Assembly (NCBI GenBank): GCA_963924565.1
Contig: OZ004612.1
Location: 5,084,001 to 5,148,000 of the forward strand
DNA from: Ascidiella aspersa
Taxonomy: Eukaryota
DNA: 64,000 nucleotides
Direction of reading: 5' to 3'
Part shown: piece after piece, positions 34,509-47,625 of the stretch
How positions within the stretch are numbered: position 1 is the stretch's first letter
How the letters are laid out: each line of letters starts with the position of its first letter
Made by a program: the position numbers and the translations under genes
Notes under the pieces: model-generated
The model's database searches: none
What the model saw: the letters and a program-made list of their open reading frames with translations, nothing else
What the model was told of the DNA's origin: nothing

Positions 34509-37500
34509 AGGGGACTCGGCGCTGCTTTGCACAACGTGCACGCAAAAATGTGCGAAAAATGTGCGGGGCGCACTTTTTAAAAAGCCTTAAAAAATGTGCG
34601 CGCGTTTTTCCAGAATGTGTGCTCATTTTAATTATATGGGCCGAAAATTTATTTTCGGGACATATCTTGTTTTTGCCGTTATTATATGGGCCGAAAATTT
34701 ATTTTCGGGACATATCTTGTTTTTGCCCGAAAATGTTTCAGACCGATTTTTGTCCGGAGCTTTATAGAAAAACTAGACATGATAGAACTTTCAAATTTTC
34801 AGACATGGCGTAGAGTGGTATGAAGGTGCGATGTCGAGGTTTATGAGGCTGTAACCCTAGGGGCCTCTGACTGGGGGGCCAAAAACTTAAAATATTGTGA
34901 CATCATCGTTTTAGCTCTTTGTAGCTATCTACTCGTACCTAGCGGCAGAAAAACTCGATACAGAATTCGTTTATATCGCTTCCTTGGCCTAACTCGCAAA
35001 GGGACTAAGTGGCTGCTGACATCACGCTGCGCTTCATTGTCCCGCCCGTGCAACGTTTATTGTTGGCTGCGTTAGGAAAACTTGGCGTGTGCGACTTGCA
35101 TTTAAGAAAGAGGCTTCACTTAGTAAAGTAACCTACTACTCTTACAAAACACCATATTTTACTGCCGCAAATATAAATGCGAAATCTGGGGGCAGTGTAC
35201 GCCTCTCTATTTGCACCTGTTGCGCATTTTACTTCAATCAAACATATCAACACCAGGCCTAAGCAAATTAAAATTGTAAATACGTAAATTCTATTTATCA
35301 AATATATTTCTCGATCATTTCCCAAATACCTTGCCGTATTTTAATTTATTATCGCGGTATTACATGAAGAGGCAAGGCCAGTATATAATAAAGTTTCACC
35401 CATCGTAATGCAGGGAGGCATTGCTAGAAACTTCATTTATATGACGTTCGTGAACTATGTCGCCAGATTGAATCATAAGTTAAAAAGGACTGAAAATTTT
35501 CTTGAAGGTAAAGCTTTCAGGCGTCAAGTGCTAGTTTGTCACTGTCTCTGAAAATAGAATTTTTGTTTTGAAGCGGCAAAAAAATAAAAATAAATCAATG
35601 AATAAAATATTTTGATTGCAAAACGATTCTAAAATTAATTTTGCTTTTTACCAAACTAACGTATAAGAAAATTAAACCCTTGGCAACTACCCTTTTCGTA
35701 TCTAAGACATATAAGTTAAGGCGGGTGATTTTCGGCCCATATCTGTTTTTGCTTGCAGAAACAAGTTAAGCAAATAAAAGAACAGGCAACGTTTATACTA
35801 AACCACAAACCAAAGTCAAATTAATAATATTTGAAAGCAACCCTGATAGGTAACGCTATTTATTTATATCCTTAAGCCTAAAAAGGTTGAGAACCACTGG
35901 TTTAAACGGTTATTCGTTTGTTGACACACATAGACTTTGAGTAGCGTTTTGAAAACCACCGAAAACTATATCAATGGCAAACTGTAGGTGTAAAAATAAA
36001 GATATATAGTCTGTCATTTATAAGTTGCAGTCATTAAAAGAGGAATATATTTCGCCACAAACTAAGGCATCATCATTCTCTTATTGGAAAACAAGCTATA
36101 AATATTCTATTTGATTAAGAGACTGATGATGCCTTATTTTGTGGCTGAACATATTTCGTGAAGGACTGGCTCTTATAAATGACTTACTATTATCAAGACA
36201 GGAATGTCTAAACAAAACTGTTTTAACTGCGAAAACACACACTAATTGTCCCTATTATAGCCTACCATATTTAGTAATATTTTATCTCGATTCAAAAGGT
36301 GATAGATCTCAAGCAACTTTTTAAGACTCGAACCATATATCGTTCAACAAACCAGCATATGATCCGAACAAAACATAAATAAGTAACACTTGGCTATTAT
36401 CCATTACTTAACGTTCAGCAAACACGCGTATACCCGGTGCGCACTCAGAGATTATAATCTACTTTAATTTTAAAAAACAAATTACTTCTTAACTCATACG
36501 ATCAAACGCAAACCAGTATAGGATTAATGTTGGGGCGTTAACTTATGTATACTTGCATACACCTATAGCAAACGCGCCTATGCATACGCAACATGGCATA
36601 AGAACATTTCTGCAGAAATTAATTTGTCAGCAGTATATGACGCAGTTCTGTTGGAACGCGGAAGTTAAATGTTTGCCAAGTGATCCACAAACGACTTTCT
36701 CGAAACAATTATCAAAACTTTGGCGCAGCATTTTGTTTTTATTTGCACAAAAACAATACAATAAGGATCATTCGCTTTCGCGAATTATACGTGCGCTACT
36801 ATAGATGGTTGTTAGATGTTTTATTGTTCGACTGTTGACGTATTTAAACAATCAGTCATGGGTAGAACTTAATTTAAGGACGACAAACGTGTCAAAACGA
36901 TAAATGTTAGGGAATAGGAGTGTCTCGAAACATTGGGAATGTGGATGACATGTAAAATTGCCTTCTATAAGTATTTTATGACCAGGTTACTAGGGTATTG
37001 TCTACCTAGTTGTGAAAAGATATTACGGCGGTTTAATTATATGGGCCGAAAATTTATTTTTATCTGATACAGGCGCACTCTTAAGTTAAATCATAAAACA
37101 ATAAAAGGTCGATATATATAACGGCCAGAGATTAAAATAGGGCGTAAACGTTAACGATCTAACACGGGTAGTAATTCCAGCCTTGCCATAACTACACGTC
37201 ATGCGAAAAAGGTGTGATGGCTACGGTAACAAAAGATAAAAAGGTGCAAATGTAATTAGATAAGGTATAAACAGGTGAAGGTGTGATAACGCAATAGTAA
37301 AAATAATCGAAAAACAACACACGACATGCGATAAAACATTTTGTGCTACACTTGCACTAACAGAATGTGACGTTGGCGTAAAGCGCGAAAAAGGGCGTTT
37401 GTTTGGTTTAAAATTCGAGCCCAAACGTCGTCATTCATCCTCCCAATTAAAAGTATAATAAAACTACTTTAAAGAAGCGCGATAACTTTAATAGTTAACC

Positions 37501-38322
37501 TTGTTTAGTGTTTGTTAACCTTTTTAAGTCAGGGCGCACGTGGCGAGCGAAGCGGGCGCGATTTTTACGTATACCGGCATTTCTTTTAAATTGGTTGTTA
37601 GTTTGCAGGTGTCTGTCATGTATCAATAACGAAGCTTTAAACACCTTTTTTCGGGCCACTATCATGCGGGCTGCGCATTTTTTACTGTCGGGTTAAACTG
37701 TTGTATATTTTATTGTTTCCCCGCCACGCTACAAAAGGTAAAGGCCGTTTCATGGTTTTGACCTAAATTGTTTATGTCTTATTCAGAGGATTTAGACCTT
37801 TTCTTTCGTCGAGTTTACTGCACAGTTTGCTTTATTGTGTCGTTGGCCTTATAGTTTTATAGATTAGTCTGCTTTAGATACCGATTGGCAGTGTTGTAAC
37901 TACTTAAGTCAATGACTTGTCTTAAGTGTATTTAAGTCACTGTTTTTAAATGACATTATTTAAGTCGTTTAGGTGAAATGACTGGACTTGACTTCAGTGT
38001 TTTAGACAAATGACTTGACTTGGACTTAAGTCAATTAATCAAATTACTTGGGTTGAATTAAGGGTTTTTATTTACCATTTTTTATGCTATTTTTTAGTTG
38101 AATTATTGCTTGTATTCGGGCGAGTATACCTATTTTAATTGTTTATTATATTAGTAGTTTGACTTGGAGATGACTGTAATAATGACTTGACTGGAAATTG
38201 ACTTGGGCAACTGATGACTTGGACTGGGACTTGTTTGTTTGTTTTTTCAAAAAAACTTGACTTGGCCTTTTTTTAAATGACTTTACTGGCACTTACAATA
38301 CTGTTTTTTTACCGATTGACAG

Positions 38323-41300
38323 GCATAGCGTTCGCGGAAACGATGATCATGTTCCACGGCGTTATCAGCTATCCCATTATCCTCGCTTGGAGCTTTAAGT
38401 ATTTGGTGAAGAGCTGTCAGTCTGTGCTTCCCTGGTCCACCTGCGGCAACCCCTGGAACACCGCACGTTGCGTCACTTCCAGGTCTCTTGGCAACGCCTC
38501 TGTCACCAATATGACGTCATCGAATGGAACCGTTTCGTCGGCCACGGAATACTGGAAGTAAGTGATTTTGAGGAAAGCTATTGAAAGTTTTAACTTATAT
38601 GCAATAATTGTGGTAACCATGACCTGAAATCAGTCTTTAGAATTATTTTGCAAAGTGAACGAGAATAAATAAACTTGCTAAATAGTCACAAATATTTGAA
38701 ATTTATTAGTTTTAAAAGTTCTATTTTTTTCACATTTTAAACATGTTGTTACACCATCTACGTTTTCTTATTTCATAGTTACACCATCCCAAAAATTGTG
38801 TACAAGACTCCTTGATACACCAATATGGCGTCTTAACTTAGGTAGCCCCGAATCTGACGCTAAAGAATACGAAATTCATGGATAAAACAACTAGCTTCTG
38901 CCTATATAGTTGATCGCATAAATAAGACCCCGCAACTATCGCTTTTTCTCGTTGCATAGTCACGAAGTACTCAGTGTGACGTCAGGCATTGACGAGCCGG
39001 GAAACTTGAAATGGGATCTTGTGCTTTATCTCGCCATCTTGTGGTTGGGTTTTTACCTTCGCACTTTTAAGGGAATTGGGTGGACTGCTAAGGTAAGCAC
39101 TAACACATTATTAAGGATTGTATCACATTGTTGAGGGTTGTTTCCTTTCGACAATCCCATTTACCGCTAAGGTAAGCACTAGGGGTGTTCAATAACATCG
39201 TACAGGAGTCGTTACCAAAAGCAACAGTCGTAATATGAATTAATACTTTTTGTCCGAGAAATCGATTTTATATTTTCATCATAAAATACGGTGTCATTGT
39301 AATAATAAATAAAACATTTACTTCCGTTTTCCGAAAAGAGTAGGATTATATGTCTTATTGTTTGTTTTTAAACCACCAATTATTTTAGATTGTTTACGTC
39401 ACAGCAACGGCGCCATTTGTTCTGATCGACGTCATAATGGTTCGAGGTTTTACACTAGAGGGCGCCGCAGATGGCTTAAGATATTACCTCATTCCTGACG
39501 TCACTAAACTCATTAACCCTGATGTAAGTTGACGTCATAATGACGTAGGCTTATAAACTTTTTTTGAGGCAGAACTGTTGCTGCTTCCAAATCAGTGGCA
39601 AATCGACATGATTTCTTAGTAAGTAGTCAATCAAATAATTTTGTTTATTAGAAACGAAACAAGGTTTTTACTTAAAACTTTTATTTTCTCACACAACGGT
39701 TAAAACTTAGACTGTCAGGTATTCGAAAACTTTTACGTAACTAAAATAAGGAGGTTATTAAGCAATGCACTCAAGGGGGTGTCATATAATTCGTCCATCC
39801 ACAATACGTGATTGACAACTATTGAACGTTTTGATGTTACCTTTTTACAATTTACAGTTTGCTGCCTAATCAGTTTCGAAAATTGGTAATGCGAACGTGT
39901 ACGTCGGACTCGGGACTTGGGACTCGGGTAGATTTACATAGTCTTACTTGAGTCCCAAGTCCCAGGTCCGACTCCAGCAAAACAAACCGACTCCCGAGTC
40001 CGACCAAGTCCTGCTTTAAGGTAAAACGTAAAGCTTTGGCAGTTCTAAAACAGTGACTTCCTGACAGGTTTGGATAGCGGCCGCCACCCAAGTACTTTAC
40101 TCATACGTTGCTGCCAACGGGATTTTTGCTACAATGGCGAGTTATAACCACTACCACCACGACATATGGCGGTAAGTGAAGTCCAAGCGTTTAATTTAAC
40201 CACTGGAAAGTAAAAGGAGAATTTGGTTTTGCAGAGATTCCGTGATCATTGCCCTGATTAACAGCTGTGCCAGCTTCCTTAGTGGATTTGCGGTCTTCTC
40301 AACTCTTGGGTACATGGCACACTACCAGGTTTGTAGTGGGATACACAGACTTTTAAGTGGTGTTTTTTTAAATCTGTTAGTGGGGTATTAGTAGGCTACA
40401 AGGTATAAAAGTGTAAATGGCAAAAAGTGCTATCATCGTAACAGATTGATATAGATAAATATGTTTATTGTTTAGGAAAAAGATTCCAAGGGAGCAGCAA
40501 AAGACCGTTAGGTTATAGGTCTTTTTGCGACATATTTTTTAACCAAAAGATTAGTTCCTAAGGTAAAATTTAATTTGCAGCGATTGGGTTTATAACATTA
40601 TATTCTCAGAAAGATACTAGGCAATATAAAAACAAACTTTTGTTCAATTATAATGAAATTATTATTTGGCTGTCGTTAAAGAGTAGGCCTACCCCATTGA
40701 AGTAATAAAAGAATGACAGCCGTAAGGTCACTGACCTGTTAATAAGATAACAATAGGCCAAGGCTTCAAAAATAGTTCACTAAGATGAGGTTATAAATTA
40801 CTAACCAGATACTAGCAAGCAGTGTTGTAAACAAGTCATTTGTAAAATAACTTTAAATTCAAAGTCTTTTCGAATAAATAACAAGTCAAGTCCCAGTCCA
40901 ATACATCCGTTGCGCAAGTCAAGTCCCAGTCAAGTCAACTTTAAGTCACGTCCTTGTCGTAAAAATAAAAATCATTGACTGAAGTCATTACAACAGTGCT
41001 GCTATCAAGGGCAAATAACCTGATATTTTGGTCGTCTTTAGAACACCACAGTTGACATGGTGGCTTCATCAGGGCCAGGTCTAGCTTTCATCGCCTACCC
41101 AGAGACCCTCTCCTTACTCCCCCTTCCTCAACTTTGGAGCGCCATCTTCTTCGTCACTTTGCTTCTCGGATTCGATTCGCAGGTAAATATTTGACCTTGA
41201 AAGTCGCGGTTTAACCTTGTCGTGTGTTTGCCGTTACGAGTGTAATTGATGGAGAGTCGAGCCAATGTATTTTTATTAAACTTCTTTATACACATATTTT

Positions 41301-44300
41301 TCCTTTTTTGTACTTCATGCTGTACAGTTTTTGTACCATTTGCTAGTCCAGTTGCACTTTGCAACAGATATTCTTGCAGTTATTTTTAGTAATAGTGTGG
41401 CTTTTAAAAACTTGTAGGCCTATAAAGCATTTTCCGCAAGCTTCACTTCACTTTTGTTTGTCAAATGACTTGACTTGACCATAATAATTTGGTAAAATTT
41501 TGCCTCAAAATATTTTCTTGTAAAACAGTTTTCTCGCTGTATGATTTGGTTTGACAGTTACTGGACGATGTTTTTTGGCAAATGACTTGACTGGGGCCTA
41601 ATCATTTGTCAAAATCATTTCAAAGGCTTGTTTACAACACTACCTTTTACTGTTTAAAATTATCAATTCGGTTGCGTAAACTTGTTTTTTGTTGCAGTTT
41701 GTGAACATTGAGAGTTTCACCGCTTTTATCTTTGACAACATTCCGCGGCTAAAACAACACAAGAAAGTTGTCCTAGCAATAACCTGCCTCTGTTTTATGG
41801 TGATATCTCTCTCTATGGTAACCGAGGTGAGAACATAGACTGTCGAACAAACTATACACCAACGCTATTTTACATTAAAGGTGGCGTAAATGTATGTTTC
41901 AAGAAATAAAAAAAACACATAAAAACGACACCTTTGTGCGCCGGAAAGGCATGTCGAAAAACTTCAAGATTATAAAGGCTAAAAAGCAACACCACCCTAG
42001 CCCTTGTGGGACATAAAAACGTTTACAAATTCAATTTAACAGAAAGAAAAACAATTGAAAAATGCATAAAGGGTTATTTGAAACGTTCAAAATGATAGCT
42101 ACCTCTGAATGGGCTTTGATATTCTTATTGCGACTTACTACAAACACCAACCATAATGCTTCAAAGAACAATTAGTTTTGATCAGTTCTGTACAACTTTA
42201 ACACTAACGTACTTTCTTTACAGGGCGGCGTGTATGTGTTCGAGATCTACAACAACTACGGGGTTGCTGGTTGGTACATGTTCTTCATCATTCTCTGCCA
42301 GCACGTCGCCATATCCTGGTGCTACGGATTTGAAAGGTGGTGGGCAGACCTGAGCGATATGATCGGAGAAAAGTGGGGGAAAATGTGGCTCAAGATCTGT
42401 TCAAAGTACCTTGCGCCAACCTTGTGCTCGGTAGGTTCAAAGCAGTGTTGTAAACAAGTCATTTTCAAATGACTTAAATTCATGTCAAGTTACTTCCAAC
42501 TTAACTAAAGACCCAGTCAAGTCATTTCCAACTTAACTTGAGTAACAGTCAAAACGAAGCACATCAAATGCTCAATAGGTTTAAGTATTCTCAAACCAAG
42601 CCTAACTATGATTGCTATTTTTACACACAGTAGGTTTGAATCGGACAAAATGAAACATGATAGGCTACTTGCGGAATAATGAAATTCCTAGGTATTTAGC
42701 ATTTTGTGCTCGGTGTGTGCCAATATAAGACGCGAAAACGTCTAAGACTTCAGGTTTAATAAACTAAGCCGCAAAGTACCGGTACTTACCCTATACTTCT
42801 AGTCTATTAAAATACTAAATGTCGTGTTTTCGACTTTGTATTGGCTAGTGTTCGTTGGCCAAGTCTAAAACAGATTTTTATTAGTATTTTTACTTCTGAC
42901 GATGATTTTCAACATTAAGGATGATAATATTAAGCACTTGTGGGTTTAAGACTAAAAAGGGAAGTCATTATACCTATATAGGTCCTAGGGATAGGCTAAC
43001 AGTAGAGTGCTAAATCAAGATACGACCTAGACCCGTCAGAATAAGTCCTAAGCGTCAATAATGCCATCGAAATAATCATTAACCTAACCCTACATCCCAT
43101 CCCAAGCTTTATCACCAACTCCGCTAAAAATTTCAACACTAACACAAATTCTAACCTCACGCATTATTTACGCCTAACACTAAGCTGGGACAAACAGTCC
43201 AACAGCGCAACAGCGCTACCGAAACGGCTGATGCTAGGCCTGTGTTCTTCAACCGCCCCTAACCCTCTTCCTACAGTTAAAAGTGTTTGGTGACATTTAT
43301 GACTTATCCGTATAGGTTTTTAGCTCTTATTCCGACGAGTTTAGGTCTTATACTGTGTCGTACTTAATACTGCTTATTTGTTCTTCATACTATGACATTA
43401 TAGATAGGTCTTAATATTGTGGTAATATAGATAGCTCCGCAAAAAAATATATTGTTACCTGTTTAAATATTGTTACCCGTTCCCGTAAAAACATTTTAAT
43501 CATTAACGCGCCAATTAACAAATAAATGTTAACTTTAAGGTGATCACAGTCTACTACCTTGTGATGCACAAACCGCTCACCTATCAAGGTTACGTCTATC
43601 CTGGCTGGTCGCAAGTAATTGCCAACCTAATGTCGCTTAGTTCGGTTGCCATCATACCCGGCTATGCAATCTACAGGTTGGTAAAATGCTGGAAGAAAAA
43701 TGGTGACTTTAAACAGGTATGCTATTTAAATTCGTTTAAGTAAAAAGTATTTTTATATGTGCCGAAAAATACATTTCGGGACCTATCTTGTTTTTGTCGA
43801 TAACATTTTTTGGAAATTTTCACAAATGGCGAATGGTCGTGTGTAGATGCAGTTTTATGGATCTGCCCATCTAGGGGCTTTAACTGGGGGAATAAATCAT
43901 ATAAGTGTGACGTCACCATACAAATATGCGTGACGTCAGCGTATAAGTTCTTGTAGCTTTATACCCTTATCTTGTTTAATTACTTTATTAAAATAATGAG
44001 GATTCAAAAACGGACGATCTTTAAAAATTCCCCCCTTACTCGCCATTTGCTGTAAATAAGTTAAAAGGGAAAAACGTTTCTGAATAAAGATTGATGTAAA
44101 GGTAAACAAAAAAACTACGTTATTTAAAGTTTATTAAGATGAGTTCGATTGCAATTCACATCATTTAGGGTTTGGTTGGAACCACAACTTTTCATTCTTA
44201 GGCCCCATAAACTTTTTTTATGGACCCTAACTAGTCCGAAAACCCCACTTTGGGAACCACTGGGTTTAATGTGTTTTCTACTTTTAAACAGCTTTTTCGG

Positions 44301-44393
44301 AACTATCCCAAATCAAAACAGGAGGACGAAGTTAGAATGAAATATTCTTTTGATGACATTTCTTTGGATAAATCCGTTGTCCTTATTGAATGA
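38323..44393 (+). pseudogene. 5'-truncated duplicate of the SLC6 transporter (exons 3-12 only)
   Basis: Exons 38323-38557, 38960-39092, 39389-39523, 40068-40171, 40235-40328, 41042-41182, 41698-41826, 42224-42430, 43540-43716, 44292-44393 match copy 1. Homology begins at 37760 (=1733, intron 2); exons 1-2 (TM1-2) are absent. No stops seen, but radical TM changes: S>R, G>D, loss of one Leu, V>K, L>S. Confidence 0.8.
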
Positions 44394-44949
44394 AAACAAA
44401 CCAATTGCTAAATTATACTTTGTATTTTCTTTTGAAACGGTACCCAATATTTTCGACAATACTAAATGATGTAATTACTGTGGTAAACTGGGCACAATGT
44501 ATGGAAAATAAACTTCCAAAGTATATTTTTTCTTGGTTGTAAGGTCAAAGGCTCTTTATCGTTAGACGGCATAGCTTCTTTTGTTTTTAATTTACTGCTT
44601 TTACATTGTTTTAAAAGTTAGGAAACCATTTATGTGGTCAAAAGCCATGGCTGAAATATTGATGTCAGTTTGGTATCTGATCGGCACCGATACCATTCTA
44701 GTATCGGGCAAATTAAAGTACCACTTGGCATCGGGTATCGGCTCCGATCCGATATTATCGAACATCTTTATTGAAAAGAAACTGGGTGAACTCAACCGAT
44801 TGACTATAGTTACGTAGTATGTGGAATGAAAGGGAACATACGTACGTTATTACTATCAGGACACTTAGTTTTAAAAAGTAAATTTTGCTTGAACAAACCG
44901 GTTATTTTAGTTAAATTTAAGTAATTTCTGCTTAAACTCTAACTAACTT

Positions 44950-47135
44950 TTACGATCTCGGGTACACCAATTTTACGACCTCATATATCGTAAATAAAAA
45001 TTTAGCGTGAGTTCTGATTATTTATATCTTAGCGCTAATGTTCTGCCGCCGTAAGACTATCTGCCTGATTCTCAAAAATACCAAGAAACGTAAATACCAT
45101 TATTAATTATTGACAACAAAAACGAGCTTAAGCATTACAGTAAATTACATACATTATGGACTAACAATCAACAACTATAATCAAAGACTTTTACATAACA
45201 TTTTCCTTTATCATAGAATATATCTTCAAAACGGCAGCAATACATAGCGACAAATACGCTATACCAATTCCTATATCTGATTACTATCCTAATTACTATC
45301 CTAAATGATCCAACATTATCTACAAAATAAAAAGTGATATCACATGCTATAGTCATACACAGAGTGGCGAGGTAAATAGCGTGGTAACCGGCGCCTATGA
45401 AATGCACGAATGTTTAAAACCCACTGGGTTACTGAGTGTGTTAATTTAGTATTCCTTAAGTAATTACTAACGGCTAAAGATGTTGCAAGACCGCAACATG
45501 CCATCGCCCTTTTCAGAGAGTTGAAAACGCGATTCCTTGTCGGTATTTGCCATTGTCTTTACTGCGACGAAAACGATTCCATGCGTAGCATCCGCCGATG
45601 ATAAGTGAAAATGCTCCTAGCGCCAAACTTCCGATGATTGCAACCATTAAAAGGGTTGGCTCAAAATTCAAGTGGTGTCATCTACTGTGTTGTCCACGAC
45701 GTCCCTTACGTCGTTAGATCCCGTGTCAAGGACGCTTTCGATTGAGTTGGGTCCTGCACCAGCATAAAGAAAGCGCCATGCGAGAAGTTGAATAGGTGGC
45801 TATCCTCCGTGAAAACCAAAGGCCAAAAGGTGAACGTTAGATTTATGCTTGTGTTGTCGAAACTAGCGATGTCTTCTTCAAGTTTCTTAGAGATGTTTGT
45901 GTTTTGCCGGTGGAGGATCGCGCTGATTCCGGTGAAGTTCGTATCGGAAGTGTTGGAGGCTTCCATAGACTCAATTCTTGCAAGGCGAGAAAGTCTTAGA
46001 ATGCCTTTTGATAAGGTGAAGGAATAAACCGAAGTGTTATACCGGGTGAGGTTTCCAAGGGTGTGTAGTGAACGAAGGCAGGCACGGAGCAAATCACGTT
46101 CAGCGGTGGAAGTGGCGAGAGAAATTTGAGACGTCTCAAGTTGCTCACGTTGGTTCTGTAGCCCAAGAATACGATTTGTTGTGTTAGACGGAATAGCTGA
46201 CGGTCTTCGGAACGTTGCATTTGTTCAAAGTTTCGCAAGTCGCGGGCGAGTGCTTCTGTCCCAGTATGTAAATCTTCAACTGTAAAATTTGTTTGTTGCA
46301 AGGAAAAAGCGATGCTTTGATCCTGCAGTTCAGTAGCCGTGAATTTGGTCTATTTGTTTTTGGAGGGTATTTAGCCTAGAATTTAGTTCAGTTTTGAATT
46401 TGTGCATTTCATAGTGAATCGTTGCCTCGGAAAACAAACAAGCAATCAAAGACATAAAAGAAAACGCTTTATACGAAAGTTAGTCGGTTTAAAACATGCG
46501 AGAGCTACTGAAATATTAATTACATTGCCAAATAGGGCAAGGGTTATTTTATGTGCTATGGCGACCCTAGGAGAACCAGTTGCTAAACGACATGAAAGGG
46601 CCCGACTTTTTTTTATACATGCCTGGTCCGTAGCTAACGAACAGGAAAGGAAGCTTTGCGGTTCGTTATTATGGTGTTATTGGGAAACCATTCTTGTGGA
46701 TAAGCTAACAAAAATAAATCAAGGAGACGAGCGTTAAAATCACCCCGTTGTTGTATAGTAACAATTAATTAATTAGACAAAAAGTGAGAAAAGCGAGGTT
46801 CAAATAGCGATATGTTTGCAAAAATTTAAGGGCAGTTATTGGTTTCCTGTATACGTATCCAGTCATTTGGCCGGTTGACCAACAACTGCAAAGAACGACT
46901 TTGCATTTTTATGCCAGGAGCTGAAAACTTGATCCAATTTCCCCAAGATGTCCAGGTAGGAAAGCAATGACGCCAGGCTTGAAGTTTTCCTTCTTGAAAT
47001 TGAAAGTTTTAATGAAGCAGGGGCTCCCGCCCGAGTCTTGCAAGGAGGACACGCGGTGTCACATGGACGCGTGCTGCATGCGCGTGACTGACCATCTGAT
47101 GAACGTTGAATGGCATGTGATGAACGTTGAATGGC
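44950..47135 (-). mobile_element. Copy-2-specific ~2.2-kb insertion with degenerate coding-like segment (probable transposon remnant)
   Basis: Replaces ~330 bp (8770-9100) of copy 1. Overlapping frameshifted ORFs 45996-46301 and 45706-46092 on -, higher GC. Family not identified. Confidence 0.5.
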
Positions 47136-47625
47136 AAAAATTACAATTTATTACCTGTTTTGGGGATAGGATTGACTTACATTTTATTTCAATGATGTTA
47201 GGAGGATATGAGGATATAAAATATGTTGCATATCACATTTCAATCGAAATTCAAGAATAAATGTTGGGAATATTTTAAAAATATATTTTCACGCTATTTT
47301 TTTTCGTTTCTGTGGCAGTAAACAGAACCAGTTTACTCACACAAATAAAAGTCACAGTAAGCTACTCAAGGTATGTTATTTGGTTTCCCTAAAAAAACAT
47401 TTTCTTACTTGGCGAATTAGCGTCAAACGCAATTGACACGCATACCATGAAGAGACTATTTTAACCTTAAAAGATATCGTTATAAATCAATTTCACACTC
47501 AATCTGGTTCGTAACACAGAAGAAAGAAATCAAATTGTTGTAAAAGGGTGAAAAAGACAGAAGAAATATTGTAAATCGTTTCAAGAGCATTACTGAAAAA
47601 CACGTAAATCAAAAGAAAATGATAT

